Below, one piece after another: positions 49,501 through 61,013 of a stretch of DNA of 62,000 nt. The notes under the pieces were generated by a model. It did no database searches. It was not told the DNA's origin and saw only the letters and a list, made by a program, of their open reading frames with translations. A program made the position numbers and the translations under genes. Position 1 is the stretch's first letter, and each line of letters begins with the position of its first letter. The stretch is from Wallemia ichthyophaga EXF-994. Taxonomy: Eukaryota; Fungi; Basidiomycota. The stretch spans positions 588,156 through 650,155 of the forward strand of contig NW_008806275.1 in NCBI RefSeq assembly GCF_000400465.1, in the 5' to 3' direction.

Positions 49501-49781
49501 GGAAACAGCCGCATTTCCCCGTTTTCTTGGGTTTGGGTTGCAACGGATCGGTAAAAGAAGCAGTGAAGCTGATACGGGCTAACAACTTGCTGGGGATGTT
49601 TGTGGATGGCAGGTTGTTGTCCAAGGTGCCGAAGCTGGTGGATGCAGTGAGGGAGACGGGATCGATGGTGGTGGCTGATGAGGCTGATGGAGCTGGTGAG
49701 AGTGTTGCTGTGGATGGGGTGGATGGAGTTGCTCGGAGGAAGACGTTCAACTGCATGACGACGTTTGGCGTTGGTGGGTAG
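46551..49781 (+). CDS. PHO81: SPX-ankyrin-degenerate GDPD CDK inhibitor Pho81/Nuc-2
   Basis: MKFGK|..W...YLDYKALKK, FFFKLERELEK, INATGFRKILKKWDKRSKSNTKELYL..V.VQP.FNR, multiple ankyrin repeats, and a GDPD-like tail lacking the catalytic HRG motif. Confidence 0.85.
48550..48597 (+). repeat. (CACACT)n hexamer repeat encoding His-Thr
   Basis: Read in frame inside PHO81 as SHTHTHTHTHTHTHSHT. Confidence 0.8.
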
Positions 49782-49876
49782 TGGATTGTAGACTTTAGCC
49801 AGTACCCAGCAACCTTATATAAGAATGTATTGTAAAATAACCCACGTAAATAAACATCCCTTGTTGAGATTGCACG

Positions 49877-51948
49877 ATGATGGAGAAGGTTATCGTTAGT
49901 CTGTGAAATAAAGCGAAAATCCCACAGCTAATAGAAAACAGTCGCAATTCAAGCCAAATGACTCGCTCCATGTCCCTGCGGATGGATTCATCTACGCTGT
50001 GATGATGGATTGCGGACTAAGCAAGCACGAGCTCCCATTCAGCAACCACGTTGATCTCCACTCATTCAACAGGGAAACTGAGCAGAAGCGCGTGTCCAGG
50101 AGCGTGCGCGATGTGATTCTGGCCTATGCGATACCATCACTCTATTCACAAGTGTCGAACAACGTGAAAACAACAGCAGATGCATTGAGAGCGCTGGATG
50201 GGGGCAATTACACTACCGCTATTGGTCTTGTCAACTCGCCTGGATTCTTGCACACGCAGATATCACTCACAAAGCACTCGGATAAGCTCATGTCTGTTCT
50301 GCATACACAGCCAGCGACAGACACTCAGCTTACACGCTCATCACGCGTAATTGCCTTTGTTAGAACTAGCAAAGACGCGCAATCCATTCTGTCAAATGCT
50401 GCTTCCCAAAGAACATACGTAAATGCTCTAGCTACAAAAAGCGTATCTGCGGCTATCAATTACATAAATGTCCTGTCTTCTGACACCAGTAGTGTCAACT
50501 CTCTCAGTAGAAGGACGCTGCTCGAGGAGGTGCTTTCTGTCTCACTACTCCCTCACCCAGTCGCTAGATTGGTCGATCAGCTTTCAAAGCTCAGCCTCAG
50601 CGATAGTGATGTGGACGTTATACGCTCATTTGCTGCTGGAACTTCTCTCCTTACCTCACCCAACGTCTCCCCATCCAGTATCGCAGCCGCCCACGATCTC
50701 CTCCTCGTCAGATACATACAGGCCGGCCAGATACCCGACGCTATCAAACTCAATAAGGGCGCGCTCAGTGTGGTGCTCTCGCATGGCATAGGTAGCGTAA
50801 AGCGTGGCCAGCTGATAGCCGAAGCGTGGAGCGTCCTCCCGCGCGTGCAGAAGGATTTGGTAGAGAGGGAGATAGGAGGTGTTGACGAGGTGGAAGGGGC
50901 GAGTGAGGAAAAGAAGACAGAAGATGAGCGGGTTCGCGATCATGAGAATGGGCATGATGACGAAGATATCATGGTAGAGCAGGAAGCTGTCGAAAAAAGT
51001 GACACTAAACAAATCGGCTCCTGGATCGACCTCAGATTGGAGCAGGAGAACAAAGCACCAGGCACCCCATTTGCACCGCTACAGAGAAAGGCTGCGGCTC
51101 CTGCGCCCCTCCCACTCCCACAGAGCCCGCTGTCGGGACCACCCAAATTCTCCACGCCAACAGCACCAGCATCAACACCGCTGCGAAATGTTCAGTCTAA
51201 GCACAAGGTCGCTGAGTCGCCATTCGCACAGCTCCTTGGCAAGTCCATAGCCAAGGAGAAGGAGAGAAAGGAGAAGGATATTGGTGAGCGAGGTGAGGTT
51301 CTTAACAGGAGTGCATTCGAAATACCTAGCGTTACCGAGATCGCTGAGAGGAGTCTTTCGACGCCCGCTAAACACTCCCCGCTGACCACGAGCGCTAGCA
51401 AGGGTGCTAGCAGGAGTGCACAGCGCATTCGTACACCCGAAATTGGCAACGAGAGCAAAGACAAGATTACAGATTTACCGGATGTGAATGCACTGCAGAG
51501 TGTACGCAAGACGCGCAGTGTGATGCCGACTCCGAAGAAGGAGAGGGAGATGGACATGGAGCAGGACGACGACGATGTAGATGTGCCGGGGTCATATCCG
51601 TACACCCCCCAGCCTGTCAAACAACAGCCTCGTCGCAATCTCCGTTCAACGACTCTCAGATCGTCTAATCGCCGCAGCAGCCTGAAGCGCAACTCGGATG
51701 ATGTGCAGATGGACGAGAGTGATGACGATGATATCGCTTTGCCTGGTAGTTATGTGCCTACGCCTCAACCGGCACGTGGTCGCGGTAGGACTAGTACCGG
51801 TGCACCTAAACGCACAACTAGACGTACAAGTAATTTGGGAGGCGACAGTGCTGGTGCAAGTGGAAACTCTACTGCCAATTCCAATGCCAATGCCACAGCT
51901 GCACCTTCCAAACGCCAAACAAGATCATCTAGCAGATTGAACAACTAA
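49877..51948 (+). CDS. ELYS-like nuclear pore assembly protein
   Basis: ALD.G.Y..AI.L..P, D.LLVRYIQ.G....AI.L, R..LI.....VLP.VQK.L helical domain followed by a basic/Pro-rich disordered tail. One 5' intron. Confidence 0.65.
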
Positions 51949-52657
51949 AACAGTGAATAGATAAAGCATGTAAACAAAATTTTAATCATGTTTCGCGAAT
52001 ATCGTGTTTTCTTATTCAATTTTTCATTTCTTCGACGTGCAGTGAATAATGATTTTTTAGGGGCCAAAATTGCTTTTGATGAGTCTGTTTAAGTATATAG
52101 TGGGAGTTCACTAATCTCCCATCGACATTGAATATTTGGTCAAATCTTCATTCACTATCATTGAATGCATCCCAGGCCGCACGCCACTCCTAAGCACTTA
52201 TCCCTTATCCAAAGCAGCCACAATCAAGATTACAAACACCAGATTATCTTCCAGTGGACCACATCACACTGAAACATCGAGGACAACCTCCTCAGGCCCA
52301 CAAGGGCAATCGCACAAAAATATAGTCAGTCGCACAACGTTACAAGCACCAATGAACCCAACTAAGCCCACACAAAAACCATTTCAACACCTAACTGTGG
52401 TGCCACTTAATTTGGAGGTCAAAAGAAGTGAGAAGCTGCAAAGTGAGATTGTACCTTGCATGCAGCGTCACGACTGACTTGTCACAGCATATCGTGCATA
52501 TCACCATTAATTTTAAGAAATTATTTCTGTATGTTGTAATTTTATTCCGCTTACATTCTTGATGGCCACTGAATAATTTACCCGGTATGAATTCGCGATT
52601 GGCAAACTAAATATGGAACTAAAAGCAAGACTAAACTTGAACTAAAAAGTGGCAAGA

Positions 52658-52665
52658 TATAAAAG
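52658..52665 (+). promoter_or_regulatory. TATA box of hydrophobin gene
   Basis: TATAAAAG 53-60 bp upstream of ATG 52718. Confidence 0.55.
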
Positions 52666-52717
52666 GCAAAGACGGTCTTGAGATATTACTACAATCAACT
52701 ACTTCTCCAATCTCACA

Positions 52718-53127
52718 ATGATCGCTCAAACTGTCTTCGCTGCTGCTCTCGTCGCCTCTGTTTCAGCTGGCTGGGAATCCAAGACCGGCTCATGTAACAC
52801 TGGAAAACTCTCATGCTGTAAGAATGAATCATTAGTAGCTTAGAATCATCTCACACTGCTAAGGCGACTTGAACAAGAAGGTCCAAAAGTCAACTGGTGA
52901 AGAATCAGGCCTCCTCCACACCGGCGATGTTCTCGACCAAGTTGGTGTCCAATGTACTCAAGTCCCCCTCCTCATTGGCGTTGCTATAGAGGGCGAGTAA
53001 ACGTCTTAAACGCGTTCTCGAAACTAACAATTCCACAGATGAGTGCAAGAACACCCCAACCTGTTGTGAGGACGTTAAGGAGGATGGTCTCGTCGGTGTC
53101 AACTGCACTCCAATCTCCCTCGTTTAA
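52718..53127 (+). CDS. Class I hydrophobin
   Basis: Signal peptide, then C-X6-CC-X29-C-X14-C-X5-CC-X12-C after splicing introns 52818-52863 (GT-AG) and 52993-53038 (GC-AG). Missed by the ORF track. Confidence 0.93.
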
Positions 53128-53266
53128 AAGGCTATTCTACTTTTTCTTGTACAACTTCACAATAGATAGCACTTAATTGGCGTTAATTACTTTCACGTCT
53201 CTATTCCATCGATATACACACGCAATACACACGAAAAGTATACCAACAAGTCTATAATGATTACAA

Positions 53267-54417
53267 TTAATTATCTTTCAACAAAAGTCTCTTTGTGAAA
53301 TTGTATGTCGCGAATGAGATGGCGTTCATCGGTATTACTTTGAGATAGCCGATCGTCAACCCAACAAAGAATCCTCTGTATCCCGATTGCTTGTAAATAA
53401 GTGAGCAGGTTTCGTTAAAGTTTACGAATCGGTCTGGATGGAGCAATCCACCAACCTGCATCCTACGTCTGATAACTTCGAATGGATAAGCAGCCGTCTG
53501 TCCAATAGCACCTGCCATACCACCGCAGAAGAGATCGCTAGCACCTTTGCTAGTAAAGAGGGTGCGTATATGCTGCGATTTAGATGCCTGCTCGAAAATC
53601 AAGAAGGATGTTCCAGCGTAAGGTATAATCCCGACCATCGTCATGCTAAATCCGCGATAAAACTTGAGAACAGATACTTTATTGAGCAACTTCCTGCTAT
53701 ACTTTGCAGTAGTTGCCGATTTCGGCGGCGGTGGTTGACCTTCGTGGTAGATATCGCGCATCACGTCACCTAATCGCACGCGACCCTTGTGACGAGTTTT
53801 AAAAGCGGTGCGTACACGGATAAGCTCGAGTGGGTAAGTGCAAAGAACTGAAATAAGGCCTGTCTGGGGAGTTGTAGAATGGAAGGAAAAGAAACCATCA
53901 TTACGCACCTGCAGTTGATCCTGATAAAAAGCCAGAGAGAGGTGTTACTTGGCTTTCAGATGGAGCGTAGAACTAGGACATTAAGCTCGAGTATAGCTAA
54001 TGACGTACAACTTACATGTCTAACTTGCTCGTATGCAGCCCATTTGATAGCGGCATATGGAAATATCCTCGCTAGCGTCGCACTGTGGCCTTGAAGCAAC
54101 CCTCGTACGCCATTCTCGTTGTAAATCGGTCGCAGGGCCTTGAATACACCGGTCCACGAGCCTGGAAAGGATTTAGATGTGTTCAACAGGCCCAATTCAA
54201 CGCACACACCTGCATACTTCTTGAACTCCGGGTTACTCGCCTGGAACAGAATCTTTACCCTATCGAATGGTGCAATCGATGTTTTGGCCTGTGATGGTTA
54301 GACTGTTTAAAGTGTATGATGAGCCCAACGCACGACGCAGCCAGCTGTACCGCCAGCCACCATTGAGCGCCACACATAATCAAAACTCCGCCTGTCTTTC
54401 GGATGCTGCTGTTGCAT
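53267..54417 (-). CDS. LEU5: Mitochondrial CoA carrier (Leu5/SLC25A16)
   Basis: AGG.AGC|[75 protein letters not shown]. Confidence 0.9.
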
Positions 54418-54477
54418 GGATGTAAATAAGAGAGGTGATATGAGATACAAAAGCTGTAATATAAATTATATCGTCGT

Positions 54478-54867
54478 CTATTTGCTGGCTTGTTTTTCTA
54501 ATAAGTCCTTCTGCTCGTATGTCAGCGGTGATGGTTATCGCACTACCCACTCACAGCTTCGTTGATTTTACTGGCGAGGAACGGCTGTGAGATTGATTAG
54601 AGTTGGTCTCCCACGTAAGCTATATACACCCACTGATCCACCTCTATCAGGATGGTTGGCAAGCATAATTGATCTGTGAGCGTGCTTGATTCTCTGCGTG
54701 TTTGCCAACTGCTCTCTCAAGCCTAGTACTTGTAACGCCTCCTTCTTGTCCATCTTGTTCTGGAATCCACCCACTGCCCATTTCGATGAGGCTGCTTTAC
54801 CCCTCAATCTGCTCGCGATGAACATCCCGCCCGTCAATCCTAATGCGCATAATCCTATTGCTTCCAT
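54478..54867 (-). CDS. PAM18: TIM23 import motor J-protein Pam18/Tim14
   Basis: GGFQNKMDKKEALQVLGL, HRSIMLANHPDRGGS|PFLASKINEA|KDLLEK. Confidence 0.95.
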
Positions 54868-54918
54868 TGTGTGTGTTATGTATTTGTTTATTAATGCGTT
54901 GTCTGCGTTCTGCCCCCG

Positions 54919-55355
54919 TTACACCTCCTCGATGTCGTTGTGAGAGATGGATGCGTACTTTCTCTTGGTCTTTTTTGCAGCGTTTTTCTTTGTCTTTTGC
55001 AGCTTCTCTATTTTCTTTATAGTTTTCGACTCGCTTGGGTTGTAGATACTGTTGTACTTGTCCTGTAGAAGCTTCCTGGCCTGGCTTCGATTGGAGGTAA
55101 GGCTGCGCGTGGCGTGGCACTCCACAGACAGCCCAGAAGGCGCATGTTGTAGGAATACTTTATTCGACGTTTTATTCACCGCCTGTCCCCCTTTCCCTTG
55201 TCCTGCGTGGTGTAAGTCGTGTACAAATCACCATCTCTACGCCCACCTTTCACGAACTTCTCAATAAGATCCATTTCATTTAGTTTTACGTGAATGCATC
55301 TGCTTTGTCCAATCGCTGCTCTCGCACTCGTCGCGATTGCCCTGGCCAGCAACAT
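54919..55355 (-). CDS. Mitochondrial ribosome-rescue release factor homolog (C12orf65/mtRF-R)
   Basis: Presequence, E.FVK|G.G.GGQAVNKTSNKV.L.H.PSG..V.CH.TRSL..NR..ARK.L (codon-independent GGQ domain), basic tail. Confidence 0.88.
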
Positions 55356-55439
55356 GAAATCACAACACAAGCCAGACATAATATGAAGATTAGATGATAT
55401 AACAAAATTAATGAATGATTCAGTTACATATAATATAGC

Positions 55440-56592
55440 TTAGAATACGCGAAACTCGCGCTTGCTCTTGTCATAGTACCCAGGCCTGTATAGAGTTGGT
55501 TTTTCAAGGAAACGCGCATATACCGGCTTAGGTTCTTCATCTGGAATACCATGTTTGGCCCTGTAACGAGCCTCTTTCTCGTCCTCTTTCTCCGATCTAA
55601 GCCACAATTCGTGCCTAGTGCAAAGCTCATCGCCGTCGCCCTCAACTTTAATCCCGAGGTATACGCTGAGTGTTCTATGATCCCCGCGTCCACACTGAGA
55701 TGGTGTCCTCTTTGCATCCTTGAGTGGTGCCCTCTGTGCATTATTGACTGGTACCTTGTGTGCCTTTTTGGCTAATACCTTCTCCACCAGTGGGATACCG
55801 AATGGGACAGGCGCTGAGACACGCTCTCTAGAATCCATACTATTACCTGTTGCTCTAGACTCCGCAGAACTGTATCCTGCCATGGAAAAACCACCTTTCA
55901 CAGGTAAGGCGTGAGATGATTTCTTATTCTTGCGTAAACCCTTCTCTTCAAGCATTTCATCGCAAAGTCGAGCAGCTTCAGCACATATAGTAGCGTCACT
56001 TGGGTCAAGTGAGGCGAGAGATAAATTGTTGTTCTTGCATTTACGCTTCTGTTCAAGCAATTTATTGCAAATTTGGATAGCTTCAGAGCATACAGCAACG
56101 TCTCTAGCACTTTTGGCGCGCTTATACTCTTCTTCCCTTTCACGTTTGTTGCGTTTCTCCTCTTTTAGTCTTTCCCGCTTGGCGCGTTTATATTCCTGTT
56201 TTCTTTCATCTTTCATGTTCTCACCCACCTGGCGCCACCATTCTGCCTCTAACGCTATCATACTCGCGTGTGTTGTTGGCAATTCTTCTTGTGGGACCCT
56301 GAAACGGGGGTGCTGGATAACGTGGTCCTGTGTAAGCCATTCAGGTGTCGGTATGTATTTTGGGGTGTATAACTCTTCCTCGTATCTTTCTTCAGTAACG
56401 TAGTTTCTTACTGGCTCGTAGGACACTCTTAATGGCCAAGTGTCTTCCGTTGGTGGGGGTCTGAGTATGTCTGTGGCTGTAGTGTGGTAAGTAAATGCAA
56501 ACATCTATCAAATTTCCAAGCTTACCGTGTTTCCTAAATGACTTCGTGAATTTCTTTGCGTAATCTTGTCCTTGTGAAAAAAATGATGGCAT
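55440..56592 (-). CDS. Orphan hypothetical protein (~367 aa)
   Basis: Exon 1 MPSFFSQGQDYAKKFTKSFRKH, a GTAAGC...CTACAG intron, then a long charged ORF. No family recognised. Confidence 0.65.
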
Positions 56593-56637
56593 TTGTTATG
56601 GGCGAGATTGGCAATGTAAGACAGTGGTTGCTGGTAG

Positions 56638-57174
56638 CAGACAGAAGTGACCAGCCAAGTTATACCCTCCAAAGCGCAGCTCAACAGGCGTGAAGGCTCA
56701 GGCACAAAATTCGATGCCAATGATGTCAAAGGATCTAAAAATCGGGCTTGGACGGCATTCAACACTGGAATATGTGGTTTAATTTCAGCACTTTTATGCG
56801 CGTGAGTGTGCACGCATTTTTACTTTGCTCAATTTACCCATTTGCTCCCAATGACACCTACTACGCTCGAAGGTGAAAGTTTGCATTTGAGGAGCTAACA
56901 GACAGCGCCGACAGACCTTGATTGGATTGTAACACTGTTTGGTATTTCACTAGAATTTAATTTTCAAATATGTGTGGTGTTATCGAAGACACCATTGACG
57001 ATCTTTTCCCAACTTCCCGTCACCTTCCGAATTAGGAAACTCACCAATTGACATGAAATTGGTGAAAAGCGAAGCGGTAAATTGAGATTGTTCGTGCCAA
57101 TCAATGCTTCTCCTGAGAGTTTTGAAATCGACGGTGGCGTTGGCTGGCGGTCTCACCGTCTGAGCAGTGTATAA
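56638..57174 (+). pseudogene. Relic of unknown protein-coding gene, copy 1 (part of a direct repeat)
   Basis: One frame of ~178 codons with 3 internal stops. Substitutions versus the copy at ~61.4-61.95 kb are enriched at synonymous third positions. Confidence 0.55.
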
Positions 57175-57644
57175 ATGCTAATTCTAGATTCGTTTCACCA
57201 TGATCAATCCATTTTTCAATTTAAATGACAAATGTGGCTATTTGTAGCTTATTCGTCCTCCATCGTATCGCTTGACGAGTGATCAAGAGCGAACGAACGG
57301 TTCGGTTCGCTTCATATCGCTTCGGTGCCAGCTCTTGATGATCAGATTTTACTTTCCTGATTTAATTGGAATGAGTGCGTTTTATCGATGCAGCTATACT
57401 TAAATTCAGGCGGTAGAGTGCACAGTTATTACTCAGTGAGCTAAGGATGCACGTGATGCACTCGGAGCTTTTCTGTGCGGCAGCAATTGCAAACAGCATA
57501 AGCAAGATAAGCAGCATAAAATGAAAAGTTCTTCTACACCTTATCTTTTCAAACAAATTGTGAAACAATCTTACTCTGTTGACAGGTGGAGGTACACCAC
57601 GTAACACTCCCCTATTCCACGTGGAGTAATCCCTGTCCATCTCT

Positions 57645-58529
57645 ATGACAATGATCACCAAAGTTTTCTACATTACAGGCACTTCTTCTGGATTCGGCAG
57701 AGAACTAGTTTTGGATCTTGCCAGTCGCGGTCACAAAGTGATCGCTACTGCATTGTCCACCGACTGGATTGAGGATTTCGCCAAACTCGACAACGTTAAG
57801 ACCCAGAAAGTTGATGTGACAGATTCGCCCACAATTCTCCAGCAGAAGGTAGAGGAAGCCATTACATTCTTCGGCAAAATAGACGTCCTCGTGAACAACG
57901 CTGGATTCTCTCAAACTGGCTGCCTTGAAGAACTCAGCGATGGCGAGCTGAGAAAGTCGTTCGACACCAATTTCTTCGGCCCTGTCAACTTAACCAAGGC
58001 CATACTCCCACACTTCAGATCCACCGAGACGGAGAGCCTGATCTGCACTGTCACCTCGATGTGCGGTATAGTCTCATTCCCCATGGCTGGTGCGTACGCA
58101 AGTACGAAATTCGCTCTCGAGGGCTACTTTGAGGGACTGAGTAGCGAAATGAAGATGGTACAGGCACCCGTCAGAGTCCTGTGTATCGCTCCGGGCGGGT
58201 TCAAGACTGAATTGATCGATAACACCAAAAAGCCACAAAATATCCTTGATGTTTACAGCCCAGCGAGAGTTTACATGGATAGTCTACTTAAGAATATGCA
58301 TGCTACCGGAGGTATTCCTAAGATCGGAGCCAAGCTGATGATAGATGCAATGCTGCAGGAGGGTTCTGCAGAGGGTAAAGAGATACCTCTGCGCGTGCCG
58401 ATTGGATCAGATGGTGTCGACATTCCCCTGGATAAGTTCAAGAGTCAGGCGGAAGCTTATGAGTCTTGGAGGTCATTTGCCGCTGAGGCAGACTCTGCGA
58501 TGGATGGATGTAATACGAATTGTAATTAA
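57645..58529 (+). CDS. Classical short-chain dehydrogenase/reductase, copy 1
   Basis: TGTSSGFG, DVLVNNAG, catalytic S and YASTK, IAPGGFKT, PLRVPIGSD. Intronless. Confidence 0.93.
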   Translation: MTMITKVFYITGTSSGFGRELVLDLASRGHKVIATALSTDWIEDFAKLDNVKTQKVDVTDSPTILQQKVEEAITFFGKIDVLVNNAGFSQTGCLEELSDGELRKSFDTNFFGPVNLTKAILPHFRSTETESLICTVTSMCGIVSFPMAGAYASTKFALEGYFEGLSSEMKMVQAPVRVLCIAPGGFKTELIDNTKKPQNILDVYSPARVYMDSLLKNMHATGGIPKIGAKLMIDAMLQEGSAEGKEIPLRVPIGSDGVDIPLDKFKSQAEAYESWRSFAAEADSAMDGCNTNCN

Positions 58530-59261
58530 GTCTTTAGATGTTAATCTTATTTTTCGTTAATGCAACAGCTGCTGGTGCTATTCCCAATCCGATTGCAAGG
58601 CATTCGATCTGTCCGTTGTACCCCGTTAGCTTTCAGGGTGCTACAATAAAATCATTAATCCTTAGAGTAGGTATAGTATCTACAATTTAGTCACCTCTAA
58701 TTTTTCACTCCATCAGATGCCATCTGCCCTCTTTCGTGTCATGTGCACAGTAACCATAATAAATCAAATCAGCGGCTGATATTTAATAGAATTTGCATGA
58801 TATTGCCTCGGTCGAAATTCACCACTGTTTGATGCATATATTAGCATCGCCCTCATTATCCTCCTTGAGTTACGTAATCGCAGATCTCCCTTCTCAGGCA
58901 ATTCAATTTGCTATACCCTGCTAAGAGCCGCTTTAACTACCTATTCGCTACATTAGTTCTCTGCGTGGTATGGGCGGTTGCATCGAACGCGAACTGGCGC
59001 CCGAGCATGCATGCAAGACAGATTGCACGAGCACCGAAATTAAAAGCTAAACAAGATGACAAAAACACATACGAATTCAATACCATCGTAAATTGCATTG
59101 TTGTCTACTCCGAAACTTTACTGTCTTAATTTTGATCGTGTCGGTGTTTGTGATCTTATGCATTCAGTGCAAAATTGCACATAATGTTACCCTCGTGATA
59201 CACATGTAATCGTAATATCATATCCCGGTTTTTTCCTCTTCTTCTACCATCAGCACAACAC

Positions 59262-60113
59262 ATGTCAGCAAAAGTATTTTATATCACAGGTACTTCTTCT
59301 GGATTCGGCAGAGAATTAGCTCTGGATCTCGCCAGTCGTGGGCACAATGTCATTGCCACTGCACTATCAATCGACTGGATCGAGGATCTCGCCAAGGTCG
59401 ATAATGTCAAGACCCAGCAAGTTGATGTGACAGATTCGCCAACAATTCTCCAGCAGAAGGTAGAGGAAGCTATCAAATTCTTTGGCAAGATAGACGTTCT
59501 TTTCAACAATGCAGGTCTCATTCAAAACGGTTGTCTCGAAGAGCTCGATGATGCGGAGATCAGAAACTTGTTCGATGTTAACGTGTTCGGCAACATTAAT
59601 CTGACGAGAGCCATACTGCCATATTTCAGATCCACCGAGACAGAAAGTATGATTTGCACCGTGACCTCGATGGGTGGCACTGTGTCAATTGGAGGGTGTT
59701 CCGCCTACTGTGCGAGCAAATTTGCACTCGAGGGTTTCTTCGAGGGATTGAGTGGTGAATTGAATTCATCACAGCTGCCTATCAAAGTCTTGTGCATTTC
59801 TCCAGGCGGTTTTAGAACTAACTTATATAGCAACGCGAAGAGCCCTAAGAACACTATTGATGCATACAAGCCGGCTACAGAAATCATGAATGATCTTTGC
59901 AAGCAATTTAGTACAGCTGGCGGTATGCCTAAAGTTGGTGCTAAGTTGATGGCGGACGCAATGCTGAAAGAGGGCTCTGCTGAGGGTAGAGAGATACCTC
60001 TGCGCCTGCCAATTGGCTCGGACTCTGTCAAATTCACACTCGACAAGTTCAAGAGAGAGTCTGAAATGTACGAGGCATGGAGATCATTTGCGGCGGAGGC
60101 CGACACTAAGTAA
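59262..60113 (+). CDS. Classical short-chain dehydrogenase/reductase, copy 2
   Basis: Paralog of 57645-58529: TGTSSGFG, NNAG, YCASK, PLRLPIGSD. Intronless. Confidence 0.93.
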   Translation: MSAKVFYITGTSSGFGRELALDLASRGHNVIATALSIDWIEDLAKVDNVKTQQVDVTDSPTILQQKVEEAIKFFGKIDVLFNNAGLIQNGCLEELDDAEIRNLFDVNVFGNINLTRAILPYFRSTETESMICTVTSMGGTVSIGGCSAYCASKFALEGFFEGLSGELNSSQLPIKVLCISPGGFRTNLYSNAKSPKNTIDAYKPATEIMNDLCKQFSTAGGMPKVGAKLMADAMLKEGSAEGREIPLRLPIGSDSVKFTLDKFKRESEMYEAWRSFAAEADTK

Positions 60114-60757
60114 AGGGTGGAACAGGTTGAGCTTGTACATAATGAGCTAAATGTATGAAGATTTTAATGATTATAAAAGTAATTGGTTGTATGTTAGAGC
60201 TGACTGAGCGTGTGTGGCCTGTAATAACGAAACAGTACCGCAAATGCACAAGTAAATTATGTTATATCTGCACATCTTCCACGCAATTCCGAGCTTATTT
60301 CTGAGCCGCACCTTATTCAAAGTCCACAAATTATAGATAAGGCAATTTTTTGGCCCGTCTTTGATCAAAGATGGAATTTTGCGTAGCATGGAATGTTACA
60401 GACATACCGGCGGGGTTTTGGAAGAAATTAAACCTCGTTCAACTCATATTTCACAACTCCTACGCAATATACGTGGGTGCAGTGAACTCGAAATGACATA
60501 TTGGCATTTATGCAAGGAACTTTATACCTGAGGTACTTATTCACAGGCGAAATTAAAATAAGTAAAGTTGAATAACATTACAATAACATCAACATCGTTA
60601 ATTGCAGTGAATTCATTTAGCTCCTGTCTTATTATTTAGGCTAGGGTCGAAATAATTCTGCTTGTACCTAAGTCTAACCTTATGAATTGATATTTGGTTA
60701 CAATATCATCTCTGAGATTTCTCGTTAATATCATCGGTATCACAAATTTCCAAAAAA

Positions 60758-61013
60758 AAAGTCTGTTTGATTACAGGCACTTCTTCTGGATTCGGCAGAG
60801 AACTAGTTTTGGATCTCGCAAGCCGCGGTCAAAAAGTGATCGCTACTGCATTGTCCACCGACTTGATTGAGAATTTCACCAAACTCGATAATGCCAAGAC
60901 CCAGAAAGTTGATGAGATAGACTCGCCAGCCAATCTCCAGCAGAAGGTAGAGGAAGCCATTACATTCTTCGACATTGACGTCCCCATGAACAACGCTGGA
61001 TTCTCTCAAACTA
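60758..61013 (+). pseudogene. Truncated SDR copy 3
   Basis: Near-identical to the first ~250 nt of copy 1 up to NNAGFSQT, then homology stops abruptly. No nearby in-frame ATG and no YxxxK. Confidence 0.85.

Noticed and set aside
52136-52477. 113-aa ORF and a U1/Sm-site-like string (CGACTGACTATATTTTTGTG, minus strand) upstream of the hydrophobin
   Set aside because: The ORF has a non-ATG start and no domain. There is no U1 5' ACTTACCTG or loop II sequence at the expected distance. More likely hydrophobin upstream regulatory DNA.
58908-59129. 73-aa ORF with a hydrophobic stretch between the SDR copies
   Set aside because: TTG start, no motif and no paralog at the equivalent position. Could be SDR2 upstream sequence.
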